Of a DNA stretch of 64,000 nucleotides, positions 19,096-29,413 are shown in pieces. Position 1 is the stretch's first letter. The number at the start of each line of letters is the position of its first letter. Under the pieces are notes generated by a model. That model saw only the letters and a list, made by a program, of their open reading frames with translations. It had not been told where the DNA came from and ran no database searches. The translations under genes and the position numbers were made by a program. The DNA lies in assembly GCA_045646345.1 (NCBI GenBank), contig JAZRKN010000003.1, positions 2,898 through 66,897 of the forward strand, in the 5' to 3' direction. Source of the stretch: Candidatus Scatovivens sp. Lineage in GTDB: Bacteria > Bacillota > Clostridia > TANB77 > CAG-508.

Positions 19096-19229
19096 TGATG
19101 TCTCCATTTTATAAATGTAAGTAGTAAATTTTAAATTTAAAAAATACTATATAATAACTTATTATATTATCTTTAGTATAGATTTATATAAAAAAAGCAC
19201 TTCTTAAATTTAGAAGCACCTCTTTTTGT

Positions 19230-19361
19230 TTATTTTTTTGCATATTTACCGCAATCACAATCATCATTATATTTTTTATATCTTCCTGTTTTATCACAGT
19301 CAGCTTTTGTTGTTGAGTGATCGCCTTTCCACCAGTAACAATATTGACATTCTTGTGCCAT
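19230..19361 (-). CDS. Unannotated 43-aa Cys-rich small protein
   Basis: SD ggaggtg sits 7 nt before the ATG. Hand-translated product: MAQECQYCYWWKGDHSTTKADCDKTGRYKKYNDDCDCGKYAKK. An AT hairpin plus T run lies downstream. Confidence 0.5.
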   Translation of the reverse strand: MAQECQYCYWWKGDHSTTKADCDKTGRYKKYNDDCDCGKYAKK

Positions 19362-19425
19362 ATTAAATCACCTCCGATATTTTGAATCTATATATATTTT
19401 AACAAAAAAATACTTAAAAGTCAAT

Positions 19426-20130
19426 TTAGAGATATTCGCCTCTTAAAATTTTTTCTGCATTTGTTGTTGTTAATTTTTGTAATTCATCATTTGATATATA
19501 ATCAGAAATTAGTGAAATTGCCTTTGGTATTTCTAAATAAATTGATTTTTCTTTGTGTGCATCTGAGCCTAGTAATGATATTAAGTTATTTTTTAACATT
19601 TTCTTGGCTGTTTGCTTTGCAGCAAAACCATACATTCCTAAAATACTGCCATAGTTTACTTGGAATAATACTCCCATATCTTTCAATTCTTCTAAAAGCT
19701 TAAAGTTCTTTTGAATAACTAAATATCTTTCTGGATGTGCAAGTATAGGTCTATAATTATTTTCTTTTAAACGATTTATAACATCTTTTAAATTTGGAAA
19801 TTGCTGTCTTAATGGTAATTCAAATAGAACATAGTTTGTTCCATTTATAGTTGAAGCTTTAAATTCTTTTAAAAGTTCTACTATATTGTATGTTAAGAAT
19901 ACTTCACTTCCCAACAAAATTTTTGGAACATTTGGTTCTAAATTTAAGTCATCGATTAATTCTTTTCTTTTATATTCTGGTGCTTCATAGCAATCAATTG
20001 CATAATGTGAGGTTGAAATTACTGTATCAAACCCCACATTATAGGCTTCTTCTAACATTGCTATAGATTCTTCGTATGACTTTGATCCATCATCTATATT
20101 TGGCAACACGTGCGAGTGAAAATCAATCAT
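19426..20130 (-). CDS. Tyrosine-protein phosphatase, PHP family (CpsB/YwqE-like)
   Basis: MIDFHSHVLPNIDDGS and later His-rich PHP motifs. Confidence 0.8.
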   Translation of the reverse strand: MIDFHSHVLPNIDDGSKSYEESIAMLEEAYNVGFDTVISTSHYAIDCYEAPEYKRKELIDDLNLEPNVPKILLGSEVFLTYNIVELLKEFKASTINGTNYVLFELPLRQQFPNLKDVINRLKENNYRPILAHPERYLVIQKNFKLLEELKDMGVLFQVNYGSILGMYGFAAKQTAKKMLKNNLISLLGSDAHKEKSIYLEIPKAISLISDYISNDELQKLTTTNAEKILRGEYL

Positions 20131-20144
20131 TTTTGAATCCTTTT

Positions 20145-20873
20145 CTATCTTCTTTGTTTTGGTTTTATATTTGAAATTGTTTCGCCGTAATAATAAGTAT
20201 TTTCATAACTTTTAGTATTAACTTGAACTTTGTTCAATACAACTCCGGCTACTTTTCCACCAACATTCTCTATTGCTAATTTTGCTCTTTTTAAATTCTC
20301 TATTTTTGTTGTATTTTGTGCTGAAACTATAATTGTAAAATCTACTAATCTAGCTAATATTAATGCGTCTGTTACAATTAAACATGGTGGTACGTCAAAA
20401 ATTATTATGTCGAAAGCTTGAACTAAATCGTCTATTATAGCTTTCATTTTTGTTGAAACAAGTAATTCTGACGGATTTGGTGGAACATTTCCTGCTGGTA
20501 TTAAGTAAAGATTTTCTATATCTGTTTCTTGAATATAGTTTCTAATATCTTCTTTTTCACCAACAAAATCTTGTTCTACAACTCCTGATAAAAAGTTTGA
20601 TATTCCTGGTCTTGGTTTTAAATTAAATATTGTATATTGACGACCTTTTCTCATATCTGTATCAATTATTAAAACTTTTTTATCAAGTTGAGCGAATGCT
20701 GCTGCTAAGTTTGCTGAAACATAACTTTTTCCTTCACCAGGAATTGTGCTTGTTACAAGCATAACCTTTTTTTCTGAATCAGCATTCATAAATTGTATAT
20801 TTGTTCTTAAATTTCTAAACATCTCTGCTTCAGGAGATTTTGGATTTTCAACTACTATTATTTCTTTTCCCAT
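20145..20873 (-). CDS. BY-kinase (CpsD/YwqD-like tyrosine-protein kinase)
   Basis: Walker A GEGKSYVSANLA and a DTDMRK motif. Confidence 0.8.
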   Translation of the reverse strand: MGKEIIVVENPKSPEAEMFRNLRTNIQFMNADSEKKVMLVTSTIPGEGKSYVSANLAAAFAQLDKKVLIIDTDMRKGRQYTIFNLKPRPGISNFLSGVVEQDFVGEKEDIRNYIQETDIENLYLIPAGNVPPNPSELLVSTKMKAIIDDLVQAFDIIIFDVPPCLIVTDALILARLVDFTIIVSAQNTTKIENLKRAKLAIENVGGKVAGVVLNKVQVNTKSYENTYYYGETISNIKPKQRR

Positions 20874-20875
20874 TC

Positions 20876-21784
20876 TTATCTTCCGCCCTTCTTGTTATTG
20901 TTATTTTCTAAATTTGATTTGTTTTCATAAGAAAATAAGCTAACATTTTTTTCTTCAGTTGACTCTTCTGAATCATTATCATAAAAGAATTGCACATTAT
21001 TTGAAAATGGTATATTAGAATCTGAAACAGATTTCTTTGTAGTCTTTTTCTTATTTTTAGATTTTTTTGATTTTTTACTTCTTTTAGCTTTCTTTTTATT
21101 TCCATCACCTGTTAACACAATAGATGCAAGTACTGGAACGCATAACGCTCTTTCTATATCTGAATCTGTTTTTACTGTTGTGTCTAACATATTGATTAAT
21201 AAAATATAACCAGCAACTAAAACGCCACCAACAAATGCAAATATTATTATATTTTTAATCAAATTAATATTAAATGGTTCGTGTTGGATTTCTGCAACAT
21301 CTAAAACGTAAAGGTTTTCTACTTTATAAATCTCAGTAACTTTATCTTTAAATACATTTGCAAGTTCGTTAGCTATTTTACAAGCTTCTTGTGGAACAGT
21401 GCTTTTTACAGTTATTATTAATTCTGCTTCAGAATTTGAACTAACAGAAACTGCTTCTTGTAATTCTTCTGTTTTCATTTCTAATTTTAGATTTTTAATA
21501 ACAGTGTTTGCTACTACTTTACTATTAGCAATAACTTTATAAGCATCAATTAACTTTGAATTAAGAGTTAAGTCTGTTGTTGTAATAGAATCAGAATCCT
21601 CTGTTTTATTTCTTTCACTTCCAGTTTGAACTAGGACTAAACTAGTTGAAGATTGATACATTGGAGTTATAAATTCAGTTGTATAAACTGCTCCAAGAAT
21701 TGCAAATAATGCAACAATAAAAATTATTAAAAATTTCTTTTCTAAGAACATTTCTATAAGTTCTTTTAGGTCGATTTCTTCCAT
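20876..21784 (-). CDS. Polysaccharide chain-length/tyrosine-kinase modulator (CpsC/YwqC, Wzz family)
   Basis: Two TM helices flank a periplasmic-type domain. The C-terminus is a Lys-rich tail. The gene lies adjacent to the BY-kinase gene. Confidence 0.7.
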   Translation of the reverse strand: MEEIDLKELIEMFLEKKFLIIFIVALFAILGAVYTTEFITPMYQSSTSLVLVQTGSERNKTEDSDSITTTDLTLNSKLIDAYKVIANSKVVANTVIKNLKLEMKTEELQEAVSVSSNSEAELIITVKSTVPQEACKIANELANVFKDKVTEIYKVENLYVLDVAEIQHEPFNINLIKNIIIFAFVGGVLVAGYILLINMLDTTVKTDSDIERALCVPVLASIVLTGDGNKKKAKRSKKSKKSKNKKKTTKKSVSDSNIPFSNNVQFFYDNDSEESTEEKNVSLFSYENKSNLENNNNKKGGR

Positions 21785-22038
21785 ATTTCCTCCGTTTAAT
21801 TTATTAGATAGTTTAATTTATAAATAGCTTTTGCTTGGTATACTTTATTAATATTTCCAAACAAAAAAACAACCACTAATCAATTAATAGTTGTTTTTGA
21901 ATACTAATTAAAATTTATAGTAAAACCATCTATTACTGATTATCTTTAGTTCAGTAGAATTATATTATATAAGCCCTGTTTTTGCAATATCTTTTTACTA
22001 TTTTTAGTAAGTTATTTTTAATTAAAAAATTATCAAAA

Positions 22039-23145
22039 TCATTTCGAAATTAACATTTTTAAATAAGCCTTCATAAAGTCATTCAAATCTCCATCCATTA
22101 CTCCTTGAACATTTCCGACTTCGTAATTTGTTCTATGATCTTTTACAAGTGTATATGGACAAAATACATAAGAACGAATTTGGCTCCCCCAAGCAATATC
22201 TCTTTGTTCTCCTTTAAGTTCTGCAATTGTTTCTTTATTTTCTTTTTCTTTTAAATCTAATAATTTTGATTTTAACATTCTCATTGCAGTTTCTTTATTC
22301 ATAGTTTGAGAACGTTCAGATTGACAAGCAACAACTATATTGGTTGGTAAATGTGTTATACGTACAGCAGAATCAGTTTTATTGATATGTTGTCCTCCAG
22401 CACCAGATGCTCTATAAGTATCTATTCTTAAGTCTTCTTGATTTATTTCTATTTCTACATCATCTGTGATTTCAGGTAAAACTTCTAAAGATGCAAAGGA
22501 TGTATGACGTCTGCCGCCACTATCAAAAGGAGAAATTCTAACTAGTCTGTGTACACCCATCTCACCCTTTAAATAACCATATGCGTTTTCTCCAGAAACT
22601 AATGCTGTAACACTTTTAATTCCTGCTTCATCGCCATCTAAGTAATCTAATTCTTTTATAGAAAAACCATTTGCATTTGCCCATCTAGAATACATTCTGT
22701 ATAACATTTCTGCCCAATCTTGGGATTCTGTCCCTCCTGCTCCTGGATGTAATGTTATTATTGCATTATTAGAATCATATTTACCAGCGAACAAAGTTTG
22801 AATCTCTAAATTATCTATTCTTTCAACTATTGAATTGCTATTTTTTAATAGTTCTTTTAGTAGGTCTGTGTCAGGTTCGACCTCTAGTAATCGATTCATT
22901 TCTATTAGATTATTTAATTCAGAGTTTAAATCTTCATAAGAATTTATTTTTCTTTGTAATATTTTTATTTTTGAGAAAACCTTATTAGAATTTTCTTGGT
23001 TATTCCAAAACCCTTCTTTTGAAGATTCTTCTTCTAATGCTTGCAAATCATTTTTTAAATTATCTATTTTCATAGAATCTTTTATTTGCTCTATTTTTTC
23101 TTTAAGGCTTTCTAATAATCTTAAATTTTCTTCTAATTCAAACAT
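22039..23145 (-). CDS. prfB: Peptide chain release factor 2
   Basis: SPF and GGQ motifs. Start at MFELEEN with SD aggag. The reading frame is uninterrupted, so there is no CUUUGA programmed frameshift. Confidence 0.85.
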   Translation of the reverse strand: MFELEENLRLLESLKEKIEQIKDSMKIDNLKNDLQALEEESSKEGFWNNQENSNKVFSKIKILQRKINSYEDLNSELNNLIEMNRLLEVEPDTDLLKELLKNSNSIVERIDNLEIQTLFAGKYDSNNAIITLHPGAGGTESQDWAEMLYRMYSRWANANGFSIKELDYLDGDEAGIKSVTALVSGENAYGYLKGEMGVHRLVRISPFDSGGRRHTSFASLEVLPEITDDVEIEINQEDLRIDTYRASGAGGQHINKTDSAVRITHLPTNIVVACQSERSQTMNKETAMRMLKSKLLDLKEKENKETIAELKGEQRDIAWGSQIRSYVFCPYTLVKDHRTNYEVGNVQGVMDGDLNDFMKAYLKMLISK

Positions 23146-23225
23146 TTTTACTCCTAAACATTTATATTGCATGTATTATATACTACTGTATTTAAAATAT
23201 CAAGCAAACAATATGTATAAAAAGT

Positions 23226-23262
23226 GAAAAAGATGTGCGCAAATTCTGCGCACATCTTTTGA
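23226..23262. terminator. Bidirectional rho-independent terminator
   Basis: 12-bp perfect stem aagatgtgcgca/tgcgcacatctt with T/A runs on both sides. Confidence 0.75.
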
Positions 23263-23276
23263 AAAAAATACTTTAA

Positions 23277-24620
23277 TTAAATTTTTGCATAGCCAAAACG
23301 TGCTCTTGCTGAATTGATGTCTTTCTTTATTGCAATGGTAAGTCCTTTCATCTGTTCTGCTCTGTCTTCTGAAAGTTCCAAAAGATCTCTTAGAGTATTA
23401 ACACAGTTTCTTCTTAAAACAGTTAGCGTTTTTTCACTTAAAGTTAAGTCATCAATAGTCCAGTCAGAAGAAAAAGAATCGATAAAAGCCTGTTTTGCAT
23501 TTAAAATTTCTTCTTTAATATCTTTTCTGGTATAAGGTCTTTCGGTAACTTTTTCTACGGTAAGCGACAAAAAATCACTTGCTGTGTATATATGGAGTCG
23601 TCGCAAAAGTTCCTCTGCCTTGTGGTTTAAATTAAAGCTTTTTAAATTTTTATTGAAGATAGCTGATAATTTTAAATATCTTCCGAAATCGAATTTTCTT
23701 GCACAAATGCACAAGATTTCAGACTGTTCAAGAGTTAATCCAAGTTCTTGAGCAATTTCTTCAGGATTAGAAGCTGCTACCTGATGGATATAATAAAAGT
23801 TTTCATTAGCACGTCTTATTGCATCAGTAATCATGTAAGAAAATTCATTTTGCTCTTCTAAACAAGAAAGCGGAATATATCTTTCAGGGTGTTTTTCTTT
23901 TTCGATTCTTTCAAGTTTCTCCTGTTCAAGTTTTTGATTGTAAGAATTGGTTAGATAAACAGATATCTTTCTTCTAACTTCTGGATGTCTGAAATGTTTC
24001 CCAACTTTGTATTCAAGTGCTCTTGTGAATTCAGAACTCTTATAACCAGCTCGTTCTGCAGTATCAAGCTGAGTATGAGTTTCCCCGTCAGCAGAAATAC
24101 CAAATCTATAAAAGATTGCAGAAACTTCTTTTACAGTCAACCCTTTGAATTCTTTTAAAATTTCTTCTCCCAGAAGATCTCTGTTTCTTTCTGCGATTTC
24201 AATCGCATATGCAAAACGACCGAGTCCAATAGCAAAATTTTTGTTAAATTTTTCAGGATCAGCAAGAACTAAAAGATATTTTATTTCTTCGAGTTCTTTA
24301 ATTGCTGTTTCTAACGCTTCTTGGGAATTGTCGATTCCTAAAATAGCATTAAGATCTTTGAATGATTGGCAAGGTTTGGTATCTCCAAGTAAACCAAATT
24401 TGCTTTCGATAACTTTTCTGGAAAATTCGCTTATATTATTCATCCAAAGCATCAAGGTTTCTTCAGTTACCTGGTGCTTAAAATAAGCTTGTAATTCACA
24501 AAAGTTTTGATTGTAAGGTGTTACCTTGTTGATAGTTGATTGATTAAAAAAATTTGTAGTACTTGTCATATTGTTCGTCCTCCCAACCAGCTTCGACATT
24601 CTGGCTTGTATGTTTTTCAA
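23277..24620 (-). CDS. Hypothetical protein with a C-terminal RpoA-alphaCTD-like helix-hairpin-helix
   Basis: 447 aa. C-terminus LTLSEKTLTVLRRNCVNTLRDLLELSEDRAEQMKGLTIAIKKDI resembles the RNA polymerase alpha C-terminal domain. The gene is visibly GC-richer than its neighbours. Confidence 0.4.
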   Translation of the reverse strand: MKNIQARMSKLVGRTNNMTSTTNFFNQSTINKVTPYNQNFCELQAYFKHQVTEETLMLWMNNISEFSRKVIESKFGLLGDTKPCQSFKDLNAILGIDNSQEALETAIKELEEIKYLLVLADPEKFNKNFAIGLGRFAYAIEIAERNRDLLGEEILKEFKGLTVKEVSAIFYRFGISADGETHTQLDTAERAGYKSSEFTRALEYKVGKHFRHPEVRRKISVYLTNSYNQKLEQEKLERIEKEKHPERYIPLSCLEEQNEFSYMITDAIRRANENFYYIHQVAASNPEEIAQELGLTLEQSEILCICARKFDFGRYLKLSAIFNKNLKSFNLNHKAEELLRRLHIYTASDFLSLTVEKVTERPYTRKDIKEEILNAKQAFIDSFSSDWTIDDLTLSEKTLTVLRRNCVNTLRDLLELSEDRAEQMKGLTIAIKKDINSARARFGYAKI

Positions 24621-24742
24621 TGTGCTTTCTATTTAACAATAGAATTTTTAAAAAGTATCTTTTTCATTATAGCATACTTAACATAACATTACAAGTGTTC
24701 AACAAAAAAGCGAATGTAACAAACATTCGCCTCTTAAATATT

Positions 24743-27523
24743 TTACGCGTTTTTACCGCAACATTGTTTATATTTTTTACCGCTGCCGCATGGACAAGGA
24801 TCGTTTCTTCCAACTTTTGGTCCATCATTAACAATTGGTTGCGCTTTTACAGCTTGATTTGTTTTTGGAACATTAGATTCTCCTTCAACATGCATACTAT
24901 TTACTACAGAATTATCCAAGCTTGCATTAGTAATACTTACTCTTGACTCTCTTGTTGTAGTAGAAGTTTTTGCAATATGAAGCATTATTTTTGCTACTTC
25001 TAATTTGATTTGAGATATCATTTCATCGAACATCTCTCCTCCCTCAAATCTGTATTGAATAACAGGATCTTTTTGAGCGTAAGCACGAAGTCCAATACTA
25101 TTTTTTAAAGCATCCATATTATCAATGTGTTCCATCCATTTTGAATCTACAACTTTTAATAATACAACTCTTTCAAGTTCTCTTATATCATTTGCATATT
25201 CTTTTTCTTTTTCTTCATAATTTGCTAAAGCTTTTTCTTTAATTTCATCTAATAATTTATCAGCTTTTATTTTGCTATCTTTTAATATTTCAACTTCTGG
25301 AATATTTAAAGATACTCTAATTTCGTTTAATAGTGCTTCTCTGTTGACTTTATTATCTTCTATCTCTGCTCTGTAAGTATCAACTACCATTTCGCAAGCA
25401 GATTCAATCATATCTACAATGTTATCTCTTACGTTATGCCCATCTAAAACTTTTCTTCTTTCAGTATAGATAATATCTCTTTGAACATTCATAACATCGT
25501 CATAACTTAATACATGTTTTCTCATAGAAAAGTTTCTACCCTCTACTTTACTTTGAGCATTTTCAATTGTTTTTGATAATATTTTTGCTTCAATTGGTAA
25601 GTCTTCAGGTATATTTCCTTTTTCAAATATTGTTGTAATCATATCTCCACCAAATATTTTCAAAAGGTCATCATCTAATCCTAGATAAAATCTACTTTCA
25701 CCAGGATCTCCTTGACGTCCACTACGTCCACGAAGCTGATTATCAATTCTTCTTGATTCATGTCTTTCAGTACCAATAATTTTTAATCCGCCAGCTTCTC
25801 TAACTTTTTCTTTTTCTTCTTTAATTTCGTTATTATATTTTTCTTCTAATTCTTTGAATTTTGCTCTAGCTTCTAAAATTTCTTTATCATCTGTTTCATT
25901 AAAAGCAGTAGCTTGAGCGATTAAACTTTCTTCGTATTTTAATTTTCTCATTTCTTGTTTTGCAAGATATTCGCTATTTCCACCAAGCATAATGTCAGTA
26001 CCACGACCAGCCATGTTTGTAGCTATAGTAACTGCGCCAAATTTACCAGCTTGAGCAATGATTTCAGCTTCTTTTTCATGATTCTTAGCGTTTAATACTT
26101 CGTGCTTAATTCCTTCTTTGCTTAATAAATTGCTTAATTTTTCAGAATTTTCAATTGTAACTGTACCAACTAAAACTGGTTGTCCTTTTTGAATTGATTC
26201 TTTAATATCTGCAATTACTGCTCTAAATTTTGCAGCTTCGTTTTTATAAATAATATCTGAATGATCAATTCTGGCTAATGGTCTGTTAGTAGGAATTTCA
26301 ATAACATCTAAGTTATAGATTTCTTTAAATTCTCCCTCTTCTGTCATAGCAGTACCAGTCATACCTGATAATTTTTCATACATTCTAAAGTAATTTTGGA
26401 ATGTTATTGTTGCTAATGTTTTTGATTCATCAGCTATTTTTACATTTTCTTTTGCTTCAATTGCTTGGTGTAATCCATCATTGTATCTTCTACCATACAT
26501 GATACGACCTGTACCTTCATCAACAATTAAAACTTCTCCATCTTTTACGATATAATCTTGGTCGCGTTTCATAATTCCGTGAGCTCTTAAAGCAACATTT
26601 ATATTATGAACTAAATCAGTATTTTGAACATCATTTAAATTCTCTAAGTTAAATTCTCTTTCTGCTTTTTCGATACCTTTTTGAGTAAGTGTTGCAGATT
26701 TTGCTTTTAAATCTACTATATAATCATATTTTTCGTTATCTTCAATTTGATTTTCATCTTTAACATCTTCTTCTATTATTTCTTTTTTATTTAACTTACG
26801 AACAAATCTGTCTGCTAATTTATAATAATCAGAAGATTTATTTGCTCTACCAGAAATAATAAGTGGTGTTCTTGCTTCATCAATTAAAATACTATCGATT
26901 TCGTCTACGATTGCGTAATTTAATTCTCTTTGAACCATTTCTTCTTTATGGATAACCATATTATCTCTTAAATAGTCAAATCCAAATTCGTTATTTGTAC
27001 CATAAGTGATATCCGCTTTATAAGCTTTTTGTTTTTCTTTATGGTCCATTCTTCCATAAATAAGTCCTACAGATAATCCTAAAAATCTGTATACTTTTCC
27101 CATCCATTCACTATCTCTTTTAGCAAGGTATTCGTTAACTGTAATTACGTGAACACCTTTTCCTGTAAGTGCATTTAAATATACTGGTAATGTAGCAACT
27201 AATGTTTTTCCTTCACCAGTTTTCATTTCAGAGATTCTACCTTGATGTAAAATAATACCTCCTATTAATTGAACATCAAAATGTCTCATTCCTAAAACTC
27301 TTTTTGAAGCCTCTCTAACAACCGCAAATGCTTCTGGTAATATATCATCTAAAGTTTTACCTTTAGCTAATTCCTCTTTAAAATATTGTGTTTTTGCTGT
27401 TAATTCTTTATCTGATAATTTAGAGATTTCCTCTTCTAAACTATTGATTTTATCAACTATTGGTCTTATTCTTTTTACTTCTTTTTCACTGTAGTTTCCA
27501 AAGATTTTGTCAAAAAGTCCCAT
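24743..27523 (-). CDS. secA: Preprotein translocase ATPase SecA
   Basis: 926 aa. DEAD-like motor domain and a C-terminal zinc finger [14 protein letters not shown]. Confidence 0.9.
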   Translation of the reverse strand: MGLFDKIFGNYSEKEVKRIRPIVDKINSLEEEISKLSDKELTAKTQYFKEELAKGKTLDDILPEAFAVVREASKRVLGMRHFDVQLIGGIILHQGRISEMKTGEGKTLVATLPVYLNALTGKGVHVITVNEYLAKRDSEWMGKVYRFLGLSVGLIYGRMDHKEKQKAYKADITYGTNNEFGFDYLRDNMVIHKEEMVQRELNYAIVDEIDSILIDEARTPLIISGRANKSSDYYKLADRFVRKLNKKEIIEEDVKDENQIEDNEKYDYIVDLKAKSATLTQKGIEKAEREFNLENLNDVQNTDLVHNINVALRAHGIMKRDQDYIVKDGEVLIVDEGTGRIMYGRRYNDGLHQAIEAKENVKIADESKTLATITFQNYFRMYEKLSGMTGTAMTEEGEFKEIYNLDVIEIPTNRPLARIDHSDIIYKNEAAKFRAVIADIKESIQKGQPVLVGTVTIENSEKLSNLLSKEGIKHEVLNAKNHEKEAEIIAQAGKFGAVTIATNMAGRGTDIMLGGNSEYLAKQEMRKLKYEESLIAQATAFNETDDKEILEARAKFKELEEKYNNEIKEEKEKVREAGGLKIIGTERHESRRIDNQLRGRSGRQGDPGESRFYLGLDDDLLKIFGGDMITTIFEKGNIPEDLPIEAKILSKTIENAQSKVEGRNFSMRKHVLSYDDVMNVQRDIIYTERRKVLDGHNVRDNIVDMIESACEMVVDTYRAEIEDNKVNREALLNEIRVSLNIPEVEILKDSKIKADKLLDEIKEKALANYEEKEKEYANDIRELERVVLLKVVDSKWMEHIDNMDALKNSIGLRAYAQKDPVIQYRFEGGEMFDEMISQIKLEVAKIMLHIAKTSTTTRESRVSITNASLDNSVVNSMHVEGESNVPKTNQAVKAQPIVNDGPKVGRNDPCPCGSGKKYKQCCGKNA

Positions 27524-27678
27524 TTGTATTCCTCCTAATAATTTAAAATGTACTTCACAACTATATCACTATTTCGTATTTTTTGCAAGGCAAATAGACT
27601 TTATTAAACTTCTTAATTTTTTGGAATAAATAAAAAACACCTTCATAAAATTAAACAAATCATTTTAAGGAGTTTTGT

Positions 27679-28227
27679 ATGATAATTTGTAATATAAGCT
27701 TTAATAAAAAAGCTATTTTTAAAACTTGTTTAATAATAATGTTTGTAATAGCAATATCACTTGGTGTTATAGCTATAAGAAATTTTTTAGTTTCTATGAA
27801 AAATAGTAAAAATTTAATTTATGATACTATTCCCTCTTCAGAAATTGCAACTATAAAACCTGAGAATTATACTAATATTTTAAAAGCAGTACATGAAAAT
27901 TTAGATACTTATATAGGTCAGAAAATAACTTTTTCTGGTTATATTTATAGATTAAGTGGTTTTACTGAAAATCAATTTGTTTTAGCAAGAGATATGGATA
28001 TTGGAAATAAACAGACATTAATAGTAGGATTTTTGTGTTCTTATGATAAAGCAAATGAATTTGAAAATTATACTTGGGTAACAGTAACTGGTGAAATAAT
28101 AAAAGGAAATTATAACGGAGAAATTCCTCTTCTAAATATTTTATCAATTGAAAAGACTAATAGGCCTGAAAATTCTAATGTACCTATGCCAGATAGTAGT
28201 TTTGTTCCAACAGCAGTAATATATTAA
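27679..28227 (+). CDS. Hypothetical membrane-anchored protein
   Basis: 182 aa with an N-terminal TM helix and an extracytoplasmic domain. Confidence 0.4.
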   Translation: MIICNISFNKKAIFKTCLIIMFVIAISLGVIAIRNFLVSMKNSKNLIYDTIPSSEIATIKPENYTNILKAVHENLDTYIGQKITFSGYIYRLSGFTENQFVLARDMDIGNKQTLIVGFLCSYDKANEFENYTWVTVTGEIIKGNYNGEIPLLNILSIEKTNRPENSNVPMPDSSFVPTAVIY

Positions 28228-29303
28228 TCTTCTACCAATGAATTTATAATTCCCTTATCTAAAGTTTCTGAGAATATATTTTTTAGAATAATAAGGATAA
28301 TTGGACCGATTAATAATCCAATTATTCCTATTATTTTAAAGCTAGTATACATAGCAATCAAAGTAAATATTGGATGTACTCCTATATTGTTACTTACAAG
28401 TTTCGGTTCAATAAATTGTTTCTGAGCTAACGTAAATATATATAAGCCTAGTATAGAAAAACCTAAATTTATATTACTATTTAAAAACAATATAATTGCC
28501 CAAGGAATCATAATAGCACCGGCACCAAGTATTGGAAGTGCATCAACAAATCCAATTAATATCGCCATTAATATTGGATATTCAACCTTCATACCTATTA
28601 AATAGAAAATGTTAAGACCCGTTAGGACAACTAAAAAAGTAATAATGCTAAGTGTTATTTCTGCTTTTAGATATGAACCTAATGATTTTGTTATTTCTTT
28701 GGCGTGAGTGATTATTTTCCCAACCATCTTTTTAGATAAATGATGTTCCATGCGATCTAAAATATAAAACTTATCAGAAGTAATAAAATATGTTGCAAGA
28801 ATTGTGATTATAATATTTATCAATATATTTGGAATCGAGGTTATATATTTTAAGATTTTAGTTAAAATACTTTTTATATATTCTGCAATACTATTTATGA
28901 AGTCAGTAGCAGATTTTTCAAAAACAGTAATTACTTCTTCTGATAGATTAAGATTATATATGTTTATTTTGTTTTTTATAGCATCTAAAAAAGTCATTGA
29001 CTTGTCTAGATAACTATTTAATCCACCAAGTAAATTTGTTGTTTCAGAAACAAATTTTATTCCACCCCAAACAATAATTCCTATTAATAAAGAAAAGATT
29101 GTAGCCAGTACAATAATACTGCTTGCTTTTCTATTTAAAATTGTTTTCTTGTTTATCCACTTAATAATTGGATCTACTAACAAAAATATAATATAAGCTA
29201 TTATAAATGGAATGTAAAAAATACTTAATTTGCATATTATAAAAAATAAAGCAATTAATGATCCAATTATAATAGCTTTTTTTAATATAAAAAAATAACC
29301 CAT
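28224..29303 (-). CDS. AI-2E family transporter (PerM/YtvI-like)
   Basis: 359-aa polytopic membrane protein with UPF0118-type topology. Confidence 0.6.
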   Translation of the reverse strand: MGYFFILKKAIIIGSLIALFFIICKLSIFYIPFIIAYIIFLLVDPIIKWINKKTILNRKASSIIVLATIFSLLIGIIVWGGIKFVSETTNLLGGLNSYLDKSMTFLDAIKNKINIYNLNLSEEVITVFEKSATDFINSIAEYIKSILTKILKYITSIPNILINIIITILATYFITSDKFYILDRMEHHLSKKMVGKIITHAKEITKSLGSYLKAEITLSIITFLVVLTGLNIFYLIGMKVEYPILMAILIGFVDALPILGAGAIMIPWAIILFLNSNINLGFSILGLYIFTLAQKQFIEPKLVSNNIGVHPIFTLIAMYTSFKIIGIIGLLIGPIILIILKNIFSETLDKGIINSLVED

Positions 29304-29413
29304 ATATCACCTCTATAGTTTTTAATTAAATTATATTCAAAAAACATAGTATTATTCTTGGTTTTCAAATAATTAATTAAAATCTAAAGTATATATGGAT
29401 TATTAATATTATT

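Noticed and set aside
19108-19229. Lysine riboswitch (L-box) upstream of aspartate kinase
   Set aside because: Only about 120 nt of highly AT-rich spacer is available, and it lacks the conserved GC-rich L-box helices.
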